Source: a bacterium
Lineage (GTDB): Bacteria > Patescibacteriota > Minisyncoccia > UBA6257 > GWB1-50-10
DNA: 64,000 nt
Direction of reading: 5' to 3'
NCBI GenBank assembly: GCA_021801565.1
Contig: JAJYXV010000003.1
Coordinates: forward strand, 68,894 to 132,893
The stretch's first letter is position 1, and the number at the start of each line of letters is the position of its first letter. The translations under genes and the position numbers were made by a program. Below are positions 29,342-39,621 of this stretch, one piece after another. The notes below the pieces were generated by a model. The model worked only from the letters and a program-made list of their open reading frames with translations. It had not been told where the DNA came from and ran no database searches.

Positions 29342-30463
29342 ATGGGTATATTGGCTATAAAAAAGTTACTTTTATCTGCTGGAGTGGAGGTGAACGGAAG
29401 AAATCCGTGGGATATACAGATTAAAGATGAGCGAACATATGCACGCGTGCTTCGTGGTGGATCGTTGGGGCTTGGAGAGGCATATATGGATGGCTGGTGG
29501 AATGCTGAAAAACTTGACGAGTTTTTTGATCGCATACTTCGTTTTCAGATTGAGAGAAGCGTTACTCTTACACTCCCTCTTATTTGGCAGGCACTTGTTG
29601 CGCGCGTAGTAAATCGTCAGGCGCGACAAAAAGCGTTTCATATTGGTGAACGACACTACGATACGGGAAATGATATTTTTGAACTAATGCTTGGAAAAAC
29701 GATGGCATATTCATGCGGATATTGGAACTTGCCAGCCGGTGGAGTAAAAAATCTCGATGAAGCACAAGAGGCAAAGTTTGATCTTGTCTGCAGAAAAATG
29801 GAATTAAAATCAGGAATGCATATTCTTGATATCGGATGCGGGTGGGGAACATTTATGAAATATGCCGTCGAGCATTATGGAGTGAGTGCTGTTGGATTCA
29901 CTGTTTCAAAAGAACAGGCAGAGTGGGGAAAAAATGTATGTCGAGGATTACCGATTGAAATTCGTCTTGAAGATTATCGAAATATTTCAGAATCTTTTGA
30001 TCGTATTATTTCCATTGGAATGTTTGAACATGTCGGATACAAAAACTATCGGTCATTCATGCGCGTAGTTGCACGATGTCTTAAAGATAATGGATTGTTT
30101 TTACTCCACACAATTGGAAATAGCCGTTCTACAAGAACGGGGGATGCGTGGATGGAACGATATATTTTTCCTGGGGGACAACTTCCTTCAATTCGACAAA
30201 TTGGGGCTGCGATAGAAGATGTATTTGTTATGGAAGATTGGCACAATTTTGGGACTGACTATGATAAGACACTTATGGCGTGGTATGTAAATTTTGAAAA
30301 AAACTGGCCGAGTTTAAAAGAAAAATATGGCGATCGTTTTTACCGAATGTGGACATATTATCTTCTTTCATGTGCGGGAGCGTTTCGCTCGAGAAAAATG
30401 CAACTTTGGCAAATTATCCTTTCAAAAAAAGGTGTTTTAGGTGGGTGGAGGGCGGTGCGATAG
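29342..30463 (+). CDS. cfa: Cyclopropane-fatty-acyl-phospholipid synthase
   Basis: LGLGEAYMDGWW, HYDTGND, YSCGYW, LDIGCGWG, ISIGMFEHVG, YIFPGG, RMW.YYL.SC. Confidence 0.93.
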   Translation: MGILAIKKLLLSAGVEVNGRNPWDIQIKDERTYARVLRGGSLGLGEAYMDGWWNAEKLDEFFDRILRFQIERSVTLTLPLIWQALVARVVNRQARQKAFHIGERHYDTGNDIFELMLGKTMAYSCGYWNLPAGGVKNLDEAQEAKFDLVCRKMELKSGMHILDIGCGWGTFMKYAVEHYGVSAVGFTVSKEQAEWGKNVCRGLPIEIRLEDYRNISESFDRIISIGMFEHVGYKNYRSFMRVVARCLKDNGLFLLHTIGNSRSTRTGDAWMERYIFPGGQLPSIRQIGAAIEDVFVMEDWHNFGTDYDKTLMAWYVNFEKNWPSLKEKYGDRFYRMWTYYLLSCAGAFRSRKMQLWQIILSKKGVLGGWRAVR

Positions 30464-30512
30464 CGGCCAATAAAAAAAACTTCAATCAATTTGAGGTTTT
30501 TAATTCAACACC

Positions 30513-30534
30513 CTAATATTCTGCAGAATATTAG
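30513..30534. repeat. Perfect 22-bp palindrome related to the 28955/51964 family
   Basis: CTAATATTCTGCAGAATATTAG followed by AAT. Confidence 0.7.
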
Positions 30535-30544
30535 AATATTATCT

Positions 30545-31705
30545 CTACTTTATTTTTTCTTTGAGCACTCTAATTTTTTCCGCAGAGGTGTAAATATTTG
30601 AAATAGAAACATCTCCGGTTTGTATCGCATTCCAGATTGCATCAATAGCGCGTTTCGGTGAAGATTCGTCATAGACATTTCCATTATTTGAAATAATGAG
30701 CATATTAGTTCCTGCTTTTACAGCTTTTACCACAGCATCTTCAAATCCATAATTATTTCGTATTGCTCCCATATCCATATCATCAGATATAACAACTCCA
30801 TCAAATCCAAGTTCTTCACGGAGTATATTTTGTATGAATTTTTCTGAAAGTGATGCGGGATAATCTTGGTCAATATTTTTATTGAACACATGTGCCACCA
30901 TAACAGTGTCCACAAGTTTCTTTTCAATGAGAGTTCTGAATGGTTCAAGTTCTTTGTTTTTATATGTCTTTGTGATGTCAACTATTCCAAGATGGCTATC
31001 TGTATTTGAACTTCCGTGCCCGGGGAAGTGTTTTATTGAGGTAAGTATATTGAAGTCGTGGAGACCCGAAATGAATTCTGAGGCATGTATAACAACAAGA
31101 TTTGGATTATCACTAAATGAGCGCTCAAGCTTTCCAATAATGGGATTTTGTGGGTTTGTATTCAAGTCAACTACTGGTGCAAAATTAAGATTAATTCCGA
31201 GTTCCGAAAGTTCTTTTCCTAGTATTTCGGCAGTACGGTGAGTTTTCTTTTTTTGTTCCTTTCCGAGCATCTCATGTGAGGGAATGTCAGAAAATCCGTA
31301 TGCGGGTTTAAGTCTATTCACCATTCCACCTTCCGCGTCAATTGAGATAAGGAGGGGGGTTTCAGAATATGAAACAATATCAGAAACTAGTTTTTTTGTT
31401 TGTGTGGGATTTATTATATTTCGTTCTTTTATGCCGCTTGGAATGTCATAGTCAAAAAGAATAATCCCCCCAATATTGAGATCTTTTATTGTTCTAATAA
31501 TATATGAGTTTTCATTCACAGAAGTTCCACGGAATCCAATAATGAACATTTGTCCGATAAGTTTTCGTGTTTTAATTTCACTAAGATCAGCTTTTTCTGT
31601 GTTAACCTTGCCGTTTTTAAGAATAACTGAAGACGGAATGAAATAGAGCCATATTACCGTGACTATAATTACCACAATAAGAAAAATAGAAATATTTTTT
31701 TTCAT
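30545..31705 (-). CDS. nagZ: Membrane-anchored GH3 beta-N-acetylhexosaminidase (NagZ-like)
   Basis: IDAEGG.V.R, NFAPVVD, KHFPGHG....DSH, VMVAH, ISDDMDM; start at MKKNISIF. Confidence 0.88.
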   Translation of the reverse strand: MKKNISIFLIVVIIVTVIWLYFIPSSVILKNGKVNTEKADLSEIKTRKLIGQMFIIGFRGTSVNENSYIIRTIKDLNIGGIILFDYDIPSGIKERNIINPTQTKKLVSDIVSYSETPLLISIDAEGGMVNRLKPAYGFSDIPSHEMLGKEQKKKTHRTAEILGKELSELGINLNFAPVVDLNTNPQNPIIGKLERSFSDNPNLVVIHASEFISGLHDFNILTSIKHFPGHGSSNTDSHLGIVDITKTYKNKELEPFRTLIEKKLVDTVMVAHVFNKNIDQDYPASLSEKFIQNILREELGFDGVVISDDMDMGAIRNNYGFEDAVVKAVKAGTNMLIISNNGNVYDESSPKRAIDAIWNAIQTGDVSISNIYTSAEKIRVLKEKIK

Positions 31706-31847
31706 TTTGATATATAGATTATATCGTATATAGATTATATTTTGTATTTTCTTCCTTATTTCAATATTCTTAAAGGTATTAGAATAAGTAATTCTTGGTT
31801 TTTTTATATTATTTACTCCGTTCGCTTTTTCTTTTATTATTAATAGG

Positions 31848-33248
31848 ATGAGGATACTCACAAAGGACATTGGGAAATATGAGGGGAAGGAGATAGAACT
31901 CTTGGGATGGGTGGACGTGCGGCGTGATCATGGAAAACTTATTTTTATTGATCTTCGCGATCGGACAGGAATCGCTCAGGTGGTGTTTCTTCCGAACAAT
32001 AAAGAGCTCCATGAGGTTGCTGATACACTCCGGTCGGAATGGGTGGTTTCCATTAAAGGAACTGTTGCAAAGCGCCCCAAAGGGATGATAAATGAGAAGA
32101 TTTTAAGTGGGCAGTACGAAATTGCGGCGACCGGGCTGGAAGTAATTACACAGGCAAAAACACCCCCATTTGACCTCCAAAACGATGGAAAAGATATTGG
32201 TGAGGATGTGCGGTTAAAATATCGATATCTCGACCTTCGACGTCCACGTCTCCAAAAAAATATACGGATGCGCGCGAAAGTAAATCAGTTTATTCGCGAG
32301 TTTCTCTCAGCACAGGATTTTGTGGAAGTAGAAACCCCAATTATCAGCAAATCAACACCGGAAGGTGCGCGTGATTATCTTGTACCCAGCAGAGTGCATA
32401 GCGGAAAATTTTATGCGCTTCCACAGTCACCACAACAATATAAGCAGTTGCTTATGGTTGCAGGAATGGAGCGATATTTCCAAATTGCCCGATGTTTCCG
32501 TGATGAAGATACGCGCGGTGATCGCCAGCCGGAATTTACGCAACTTGATATTGAATTAAGTTTTCCGACTCAGGAAGAAATTCTTTCACTCATTGAATCA
32601 CTTTTTATAAATCTTGTGAAAGTGTTGTATCCAGAGAAGCGTATTACCCAAACTCCATTTCCACGTCTCTCATATAAGGAAGCAATGGAAAAATATAATT
32701 CGGATAAACCTGATTTAAGAAAAGATAAGAATGATCCAAATGAACTTGCATTTGTGTTTGTTGTCGATTTTCCTGCGTTTGAATGGAAGGAATCCGAAAA
32801 GCGATGGGATGCAACACATCATCCGTTTACAAAACCAAATGTGTTGAATGCAGAAGATTTTAAAAAGAAATTTAAAGAAGATGCGGGTGCAATTTTTGCC
32901 GAGCAATACGACTTAGCATTGAACGGTTTTGAAATTGCAGGAGGGTCGATTCGTATACACGATTCAGCATTATTACAGTCGGTGTTTGAAGCGATGGGAA
33001 ATAAGACAGAAGATGTAATCGCAAAATTTGGGCATATGCTTGAGGCATTTCAGTATGGAGTTCCACCGCATGGGGGAATTGCCTCTGGACTTGATCGCGT
33101 GATGGCAATTTTAGAAAATGAACCCAATATTCGCGAAGTCATCGCATTTCCAAAGACAGGAGACGGACGCGATCTTATGATGGATGCACCGTCGGATGTC
33201 ACCGACGATCAATTGAGGGAATTACACATAAAAGTCAGAGAAAAATAA
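31848..33248 (+). CDS. aspS: Aspartate--tRNA ligase (no GAD domain; probably non-discriminating)
   Basis: RRDHG, FIDLRD, RLKYRYLDLRR, LPQSPQ, CFRDED, HHPFT, PPHGG. Confidence 0.96.
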   Translation: MRILTKDIGKYEGKEIELLGWVDVRRDHGKLIFIDLRDRTGIAQVVFLPNNKELHEVADTLRSEWVVSIKGTVAKRPKGMINEKILSGQYEIAATGLEVITQAKTPPFDLQNDGKDIGEDVRLKYRYLDLRRPRLQKNIRMRAKVNQFIREFLSAQDFVEVETPIISKSTPEGARDYLVPSRVHSGKFYALPQSPQQYKQLLMVAGMERYFQIARCFRDEDTRGDRQPEFTQLDIELSFPTQEEILSLIESLFINLVKVLYPEKRITQTPFPRLSYKEAMEKYNSDKPDLRKDKNDPNELAFVFVVDFPAFEWKESEKRWDATHHPFTKPNVLNAEDFKKKFKEDAGAIFAEQYDLALNGFEIAGGSIRIHDSALLQSVFEAMGNKTEDVIAKFGHMLEAFQYGVPPHGGIASGLDRVMAILENEPNIREVIAFPKTGDGRDLMMDAPSDVTDDQLRELHIKVREK

Positions 33249-33273
33249 AAAATAAATAAAATATAACAATATT

Positions 33274-34344
33274 ATGAAGAGTTTTAATTTTCCGGTTTTT
33301 AAGACAAAAATTGAGGGAGAGAAACGAGTGTTTAATCTCGAAGATCCAGTCGGACGAAGGGAGTATTTTACCGCAAAGGCAACTCCCGAAATAGAAAAAA
33401 TAAAAGAATATTTGGAAAGGGGAAGTTTTCTTGCTTTCTTACTTGGTCCAAAAAATTCAGGGAAGGGGACATATTCAAAACTTTTTGCCGAAGCGGTGGG
33501 AAGTGATCGTATTAAACATATTTCTGTTGGAGATGTAGTGAGAAGTGTTCATAAAAGTTTTTCTGATGAAGCAAAAAAGAAAGAACTTATTGAGTATTTG
33601 GAAAAGAACTATCGCGGATTTCTTCCTATTGAAAAAGCGATTGAAGTATTTCTCGGAAGGGATACCTCGAATCTTCTTCCAACGGAATTTATTCTTGCGC
33701 TTCTAAAACGCGAGATAGATCTTGCGGGGAAAAAAGCAGTGTTTGTTGATGGATTTCCAAGGAGTTTAGATCAGATTTCCTATTCTCTCTTTTTCCGTGA
33801 GTTGATGGGGTACCAAGACAATCCGGACATTTTCATTTTTATCGATGTTCCAGAAACAATTATTGATGAGCGTATGAAAACACGTGTGATTTGTCCGAAG
33901 TGTCAGACACCACGAAATCCAAAACTTTTAAAAACAAAAGAAGTTGGGTTCGATAAAGAAAAAAATGTGTTCTACCTTATGTGTGATAATCCGGCGTGTG
34001 ATAATGCGCGTATGGGTCCAAAAGAAGGAGACGAACTTGGAATTGAAGCAGTACGGAATAGAATTGAGATCGATAAAAAAGTAATGACTACACTTCTCGA
34101 ATTACAGGGAGTTCCAAAAATATATTTGAGAAATGATGTTCCGGTTTCCGAAGCTTCGGAATATCTTGATGAATACGAAATTACTCCTGCATATCGTTAT
34201 GAATTTGATGAAAAAACAGGAACAGTGAATACGTTTACAGAACCTTGGGTTATTAATGACGAAGAAGGAGTTCCTTCTCACAGTCTTCTCCCAGCGGCAA
34301 TTGTATTGTCTCTCATAAAACAATTTTCGAAGATTCTTGGATAA
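33274..34344 (+). CDS. Extended adenylate-kinase-like nucleoside monophosphate kinase
   Basis: LGPKNSGKGT, HISVGD..R, DGFPRS.DQ, R..CPKC...CDNPAC lid. Confidence 0.8.
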   Translation: MKSFNFPVFKTKIEGEKRVFNLEDPVGRREYFTAKATPEIEKIKEYLERGSFLAFLLGPKNSGKGTYSKLFAEAVGSDRIKHISVGDVVRSVHKSFSDEAKKKELIEYLEKNYRGFLPIEKAIEVFLGRDTSNLLPTEFILALLKREIDLAGKKAVFVDGFPRSLDQISYSLFFRELMGYQDNPDIFIFIDVPETIIDERMKTRVICPKCQTPRNPKLLKTKEVGFDKEKNVFYLMCDNPACDNARMGPKEGDELGIEAVRNRIEIDKKVMTTLLELQGVPKIYLRNDVPVSEASEYLDEYEITPAYRYEFDEKTGTVNTFTEPWVINDEEGVPSHSLLPAAIVLSLIKQFSKILG

Positions 34345-34348
34345 TTTT

Positions 34349-34792
34349 ATGCCTCAAGAAGCAAAAAAAATAGGCGTTGGATTTGGAATTATGCTTTTTA
34401 GAGATGGGAAAATTCTTCTTGGGAGGAGAAATAAGGATGCAGAAAAGGCATCAAGTGCACTTCATGGAGAAGGAACATGGACAATGCCTGGAGGAAAACT
34501 TCATTTCTTTGAGACATTTGAAGATGGGGCAAAAAGAGAAGTAGCCGAAGAGACGGGAATTAAGGTAAAATCAATAGATTTTATCAGTATTACAAATAAC
34601 ATAGTTTCTGACGCACATTTTGTCACACTTGGGTTCTTTTGTACTGATTTTGATGGGGAAGCAGAAGTATTAGAACCAGATGAAATAGAAGAATGGCAAT
34701 GGTTTCCTTTAAATAAACTTCCAACCCCCATATACAAGCCATCAGAAGAAGTGATAAGAAACTATCTAGAGAAAGTTATTTATAGAGGATAA
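34349..34792 (+). CDS. NUDIX hydrolase
   Basis: PGG.....ETFEDGAKREVAEETG Nudix box, EPD..EEW.WF. Confidence 0.92.
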   Translation: MPQEAKKIGVGFGIMLFRDGKILLGRRNKDAEKASSALHGEGTWTMPGGKLHFFETFEDGAKREVAEETGIKVKSIDFISITNNIVSDAHFVTLGFFCTDFDGEAEVLEPDEIEEWQWFPLNKLPTPIYKPSEEVIRNYLEKVIYRG

Positions 34793-34856
34793 TTCTTCAG
34801 ATATAACTTATGCACAGGAGCCTCTCGACAAGCGAGGCTTCGTGCTATAATAAAGA

Positions 34857-35008
34857 AGTCCCGTAATTTAGGTTTCGGATCAAATAATTTTTCAAAGGGA
34901 TTCCTTTATATCGTGATACAATTGAGGATCACAAACGCTATATCTTCTTGAGTATCTGATGCGGAAACCCACTTGGCATTTAATGCCGGAAACCCTAATG
35001 CGGGATTT
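34857..35008 (+). ncRNA. Candidate 6S-like (SsrS) rod-shaped RNA
   Basis: Extended -10 TGCTATAAT at 34843-34851; closing stem GTCCCGTAATTTAGGTTTCGG / CCGGAAACCCTAATGCGGGAT, central AT-rich bubble, inner stem GGGATTCC/GGAAACCC, T run at end. Confidence 0.45.
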
Positions 35009-35213
35009 TTGTTTTTCTAGTGGTAGCACCTCTTTACTTGTTGAGCAGGAAAACTCGATTTGCAGATGCATGCGAGTTTTTTTTTATAATATGATTTATT
35101 CAGATCCTTTTTTTGTTGTAACCGTCTTATTCTAAAAATTCTCATGGTTTGCGCAGTCAAGTTTCTATATGAATATAACCGCAAGCGAGATGATGGAAAA
35201 AATATATACTTGC

Positions 35214-35924
35214 TTAATATATTCCGTACGTAAGTTTTCTTATGAGTATTTTGACGATTGCTATATTATGTGAAAATGTCATTTTTTTTCCTTCTTTGTA
35301 CCATCGAGGGTTGTAAGAAATTGGCACTTCTTTTATAGATAATTTTTCCCTCGCAATTTCTTCACTCAACCGAATTACGTCAAACACAAAATCGTTGTCC
35401 TCTATAGGAAGTAGGTTGGGGATTATTTTTTGGGGAAATATCTTATAACAGGTTGTGATATCAGTAAGATGAGTATGGTAAATTCGGTTAAACATAAATG
35501 TAGCGACAATATCTTCAATGGTATAAAGAATGCTGTTTCTCTTATTCTTTTTAAGAAATCGTGATCCAAACACCACATCAGCTTCGCCTTTTTCGATTGG
35601 GGATAAAAGTGCTTGGTAATCATTAGGGTTATATTCAAGGTCGGCATCTTGTATGAGTATCCAATCTCCATTTGCGAATGAAAGGCCGTGTTTTAGAGCT
35701 CCTCCTTTCCCGAGGTTTTCTTTTCCATAAATAACAGTTACATCAGACGTTTTTTCAATTTCATTCAGTATTTTTGGTGTGTTATCGGTTGATCCATCAT
35801 CTATGACTATGATTTCCGTCTCCCAGTGGGGGAGAACCACTCCAGAAACTTTTTTAATTGTTTCCAGTATTGTTTTTTCCTCGTTATATACAGGGATGAG
35901 GATTGAGAGTTTGTTTTTTTCCAT
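35214..35924 (-). CDS. GT2 glycosyltransferase (DPM1-like)
   Basis: LSILIPVYNE, IDDGSTD, NLGKG.A, QDADLEY.P.D, GSRF. Confidence 0.92.
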   Translation of the reverse strand: MEKNKLSILIPVYNEEKTILETIKKVSGVVLPHWETEIIVIDDGSTDNTPKILNEIEKTSDVTVIYGKENLGKGGALKHGLSFANGDWILIQDADLEYNPNDYQALLSPIEKGEADVVFGSRFLKKNKRNSILYTIEDIVATFMFNRIYHTHLTDITTCYKIFPQKIIPNLLPIEDNDFVFDVIRLSEEIAREKLSIKEVPISYNPRWYKEGKKMTFSHNIAIVKILIRKLTYGIY

Positions 35925-36027
35925 GTCTATTTATCGATTATACCATACTATTCTTCATAATAATTTTCCCATCTTGTCAAATTTGACTAACCAGTTTCAG
36001 AAGTTAGAATGAAAGCCACTCTAATAT

Positions 36028-37002
36028 ATGGATATTATAAAACCAAGAAAATTGAAGACTGGAGATGTCGTCGGTGTAATTTCTCCTTCAAGTCCTGTTA
36101 TTTCGAAGCGAGATCTTTCACGTGGGATGAAAGTATTGGAATCTCTTGGATTTAAGCCGAAACTGGCTCCTCGAGCACTTGAAGTACACGCGAACTATCA
36201 AGCGGGAACTCGCGAAGAACGTCTCACTGATCTTCACTCAATGTTTGCCGATGATGAAGTAAGGGGAATATTTTGCACGAGCGGTGGATATGCGTCTATA
36301 CAACTTCTTCAGGACATTGACTGGGATATTGTAAGAAAAAACCCGAAAGTATTCGTCGGATATTCTGATATTACTACGTTGTTAAATTCAATGTATGAAA
36401 AATCCGGTCTTATCACATTTCATGGTCCGATGATTGAGGGACTTATGGGTGAAACAAAGGGGGGAAAATATACGGTGAAAAATTTGAAAGAGACAGTGAT
36501 GAAGGGGGAGGCAAGAAAACTAACCACATTTACTGAATGGAAAACGTTAAAACCTGGAAAAGTAGAGGGACATCTCGTCGGCGGCAATCTCAATGTACTC
36601 ACGGCACTTCTTGGAACTCCATATGAACCAAAATGGGATGGAAAAATTCTTTTCTGGGAAGAAGTGAATGAGACGATTGAAGGACTCGATAATTATTTGT
36701 GGCGTCTCAGAATTTCAAAAATCTTTAAGAAGATTGAGGGGATGATCATTGGGAAGGTAACGGATATCCAGTCCATTGATGATGATGACAATGATAAATG
36801 GGCAACACTCGAAAAACCGCCCGTACTTGAAGATGTCATTCTCCGTGCAACAGAAGGGTTTAACTTTCCTATTCTCTACGGTGTTGATTTTGGCCACGAT
36901 GTGCCAAGCCTCACGCTTCCCGTGGGAGCCCGTGTAAATCTCAATTGTCCTGCTCCCGGAAGAATTGGATCTATATCGATACTTGAAAAATATCTTGACT
37001 GA
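36028..37002 (+). CDS. S66 LD-carboxypeptidase/MccF-like peptidase, copy 1
   Basis: GGY, GYSDIT, TFHGP, GGNL, FWEE, FGH. Confidence 0.92.
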   Translation: MDIIKPRKLKTGDVVGVISPSSPVISKRDLSRGMKVLESLGFKPKLAPRALEVHANYQAGTREERLTDLHSMFADDEVRGIFCTSGGYASIQLLQDIDWDIVRKNPKVFVGYSDITTLLNSMYEKSGLITFHGPMIEGLMGETKGGKYTVKNLKETVMKGEARKLTTFTEWKTLKPGKVEGHLVGGNLNVLTALLGTPYEPKWDGKILFWEEVNETIEGLDNYLWRLRISKIFKKIEGMIIGKVTDIQSIDDDDNDKWATLEKPPVLEDVILRATEGFNFPILYGVDFGHDVPSLTLPVGARVNLNCPAPGRIGSISILEKYLD

Positions 37003-37122
37003 TTTTTTATGGAAAATATACGAACCCTGCTATTCTTAAAATAGCAGGGTTTTGCTATTGACGGAGAATGTAGAAAAATTTATTCTGTAGTTAGTATTTT
37101 TAACTTTTAATTGGAGGAAAGA

Positions 37123-38106
37123 ATGAAAGGAGTAGTGCGACCGCAAAAACTAAGACCCGGAGACAAGGTTGGAATTATTTCTCCCTCAAGCCCCGTAAGT
37201 TCAAACAGGAGAATAAAACGTGGGATGAATATCTTACGATCGCTTGGGCTTGACCCCGTGCTTTCCAAAAGTGCGCTTACAATATCAAGTCCTCATGAAG
37301 CAGGGAGTCTTAAAGAACGTCTTTCTGATCTCCACGAGATGTTTCTCGATAAGAGTATAAAAGCGATTTTTTGTACGACCGGGGGATATATCTCATTACA
37401 ACTCCTCGAATTTATCAACTGGAATATTATCCGAGAGAATCCGAAGATATTTATTGGCTACTCTGATATAACAATGCTTTTGAATGCAATTTATTCAAAA
37501 ACAAATCTCATTACGTTTCATGGTCCGATGATTGAATGGTTGGACAGACCCGAAATGAGAGGAGGGAGATATACTATAAGGGGATTCAAAAATATCCTTA
37601 TGAAGGGAACGATTGGTAAACTTCAATCATTTACTGAATGGAAAACATTGAAACCAGGAAGGGCCGTCGGAAGTCTTGTTGGTGGAAATTTTAACACTCT
37701 CACTGGTCTTTTTGGGACACCTTATGCTCCAAATTGGAATGGAAAGATACTTTTTATCGAAGAAGTTGATGAAACGATTGAGGGATTTGATAATTATTTA
37801 TGGCGTCTTAGAATTTCTCGGATATTTGAAAAGATTCAAGGATTGGTAATTGGAAAAATTACCAATATCCAGTCTATTGATGATGAGTATGATGGGGTGA
37901 ATAGAAAACGTGAAAAATTTGGAGTGTCTCCAACAACAGAAGAAATAATTCTTCGGGCAACTGATAAGTTTAATTTTCCGATTCTTTATGGTGTTGACTT
38001 TGGTCATGATGTGGCGAGTCTTACGCTCCCCATTGGGGGAAAAGCGAGAATGGATTGTCCCTCTAAAGAAAAAATTGGATCGTTGTCTATTGTGAAAAAT
38101 TATTAA
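37123..38106 (+). CDS. S66 LD-carboxypeptidase/MccF-like peptidase, copy 2
   Basis: Same motifs; close tandem paralog of 36028-37002. Confidence 0.92.
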   Translation: MKGVVRPQKLRPGDKVGIISPSSPVSSNRRIKRGMNILRSLGLDPVLSKSALTISSPHEAGSLKERLSDLHEMFLDKSIKAIFCTTGGYISLQLLEFINWNIIRENPKIFIGYSDITMLLNAIYSKTNLITFHGPMIEWLDRPEMRGGRYTIRGFKNILMKGTIGKLQSFTEWKTLKPGRAVGSLVGGNFNTLTGLFGTPYAPNWNGKILFIEEVDETIEGFDNYLWRLRISRIFEKIQGLVIGKITNIQSIDDEYDGVNRKREKFGVSPTTEEIILRATDKFNFPILYGVDFGHDVASLTLPIGGKARMDCPSKEKIGSLSIVKNY

Positions 38107-38197
38107 TAAAAAATCCCGTGTAAAGCGGGATTTTTTGTATATTGACTTTATATAACAAATATGGTAATATTAAAATGATATAATAGAATAGAAAGAT

Positions 38198-39118
38198 ATG
38201 ATTCGTTGGATCAAGAAATATTTTATTCCCAATGAAGGAAACGACCATCAGCCGTATGTATTACGTGCACAGTCGATGGTACGGATTCTCTCGGTGGTAT
38301 TATTTTTAGAAATTGTTTTTCTTGTGCAGATTCTTTTTGTATTTCCGAAGACAAATTATTTTGCGAGCATTCTCCCTTCCGTGGTTGTTGATTTAACAAA
38401 CAGAGAACGTGAAGATATTCATGAACGTGCTCTTACCGCGAACACATTACTTGAGGAAGCAGCAAAAATGAAGGCGGAAGATATGGCTGCACGCGGATAT
38501 TTTTCGCACGAGTCGCCCGAAGGAAACGCTCCATGGGAATGGATCAAAAAAACAGGTTATCGATTTGCGTACGCTGGAGAAAATCTTGCAATAAACTTTT
38601 TTGATTCGAAAGATGTGGTAAATGCATGGATGAATTCTGAGAGTCATAAAGAAAATATACTTGATACACATTTTACTGAAATCGGTATAGGAACTGCGCA
38701 CGGCATTTACAAAGGAAAAGAAGCGCTTTTTGTCGTTCAATTTTTTGCGACACCATCAATATCTTCAAATGGAGAGGAAATAGTATCTCGACCCATGGAA
38801 CGTGCTGAAGCATCCATTACACCAAAAACATCACAGGGAGTTGCCGGAACCGCGGTTTCTGTTGCCCAAACTTCCACAAATGTCGAATCTCATTCTTCTT
38901 TGTTTCAACAAATATTTTCGACTCCACGAGGGATGAATACATATGTTTTGCTTGTGTTGCTTACCATCATTGCACTTGGATTTGTTTTGAATATATTCGT
39001 CAAAATAAAAATACAACACCCGCCGATTATTGTGCATGGTGCGATAATGCTCATGGTGATTGGTTCTTTGCTTGTTATAAACCAATATCTCGCATTTCTT
39101 CCGACGGGAGTGCTTTAA
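38198..39118 (+). CDS. CAP/SCP-domain membrane protein
   Basis: LTN.ER, YFSHESP.G, AGENLA, WMNS.SH..NIL, EIGIG. Confidence 0.9.
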   Translation: MIRWIKKYFIPNEGNDHQPYVLRAQSMVRILSVVLFLEIVFLVQILFVFPKTNYFASILPSVVVDLTNREREDIHERALTANTLLEEAAKMKAEDMAARGYFSHESPEGNAPWEWIKKTGYRFAYAGENLAINFFDSKDVVNAWMNSESHKENILDTHFTEIGIGTAHGIYKGKEALFVVQFFATPSISSNGEEIVSRPMERAEASITPKTSQGVAGTAVSVAQTSTNVESHSSLFQQIFSTPRGMNTYVLLVLLTIIALGFVLNIFVKIKIQHPPIIVHGAIMLMVIGSLLVINQYLAFLPTGVL

Positions 39119-39124
39119 ATAACA

Positions 39125-39565
39125 CTATTTGTTTTTTGTGAGAGCATCTAACATCTTTTCAAGAGCTTCATTTTGGTTTTCCAGATGTTCAAGAACCGTT
39201 TCCACTTCGCGTTCTGCTTTTCTATTTATCTCGAAATCCTGTTCTGCTCGCATTTCTGAATATCTGTTTTGTAGATTTTGTCCAATGAGAAGGAGCGGGA
39301 GAAGAAAAAGTTGGATCATATTTGAAATGAAAAGCCACAATTCAAATGCGGGAACCTTATCAAACCGTAATTCCGCTGGTGCAAGTATATTCCAAAACAT
39401 CCACAAAACAGTCCAAAGAAAAATAATAAAGAAGAAACCCATAGTCCCGATTTTTTCAGTAACAAACAAAGCCAGTTTTTCCGTGCTTTTTAGTTCTCGC
39501 GATGGCGGGGTAACTGATTTGTGAAGAGATTTTATTTTTTCTAGTGGAAGAGGAGAATGTTTCAT
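39125..39565 (-). CDS. DUF1003 membrane protein
   Basis: IGTMGFF...W..WN, FD..P.F, P.LLIGQN, RAE.DFEIN.KAE.E. Confidence 0.85.
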   Translation of the reverse strand: MKHSPLPLEKIKSLHKSVTPPSRELKSTEKLALFVTEKIGTMGFFFIIFLWTVLWMFWNILAPAELRFDKVPAFELWLFISNMIQLFLLPLLLIGQNLQNRYSEMRAEQDFEINRKAEREVETVLEHLENQNEALEKMLDALTKNK

Positions 39566-39621
39566 TTCATAAAAATTATTAATAACGGGATTTATGTGTT
39601 TTTATTATACAACAAATGTTT

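Noticed and set aside
30545-31870. Long N-terminal extensions in the ORF track (nagZ, rplS, nusG, dnaE, trmD, ORFs at 3005 and 51976)
   Set aside because: They arise from upstream alternative starts through promoter or palindrome DNA; family alignment favours the downstream ATGs used here.
39583-39595. TAACGGGATTTAT as a third MITE end
   Set aside because: Only a short half-site with no partner inverted repeat nearby.
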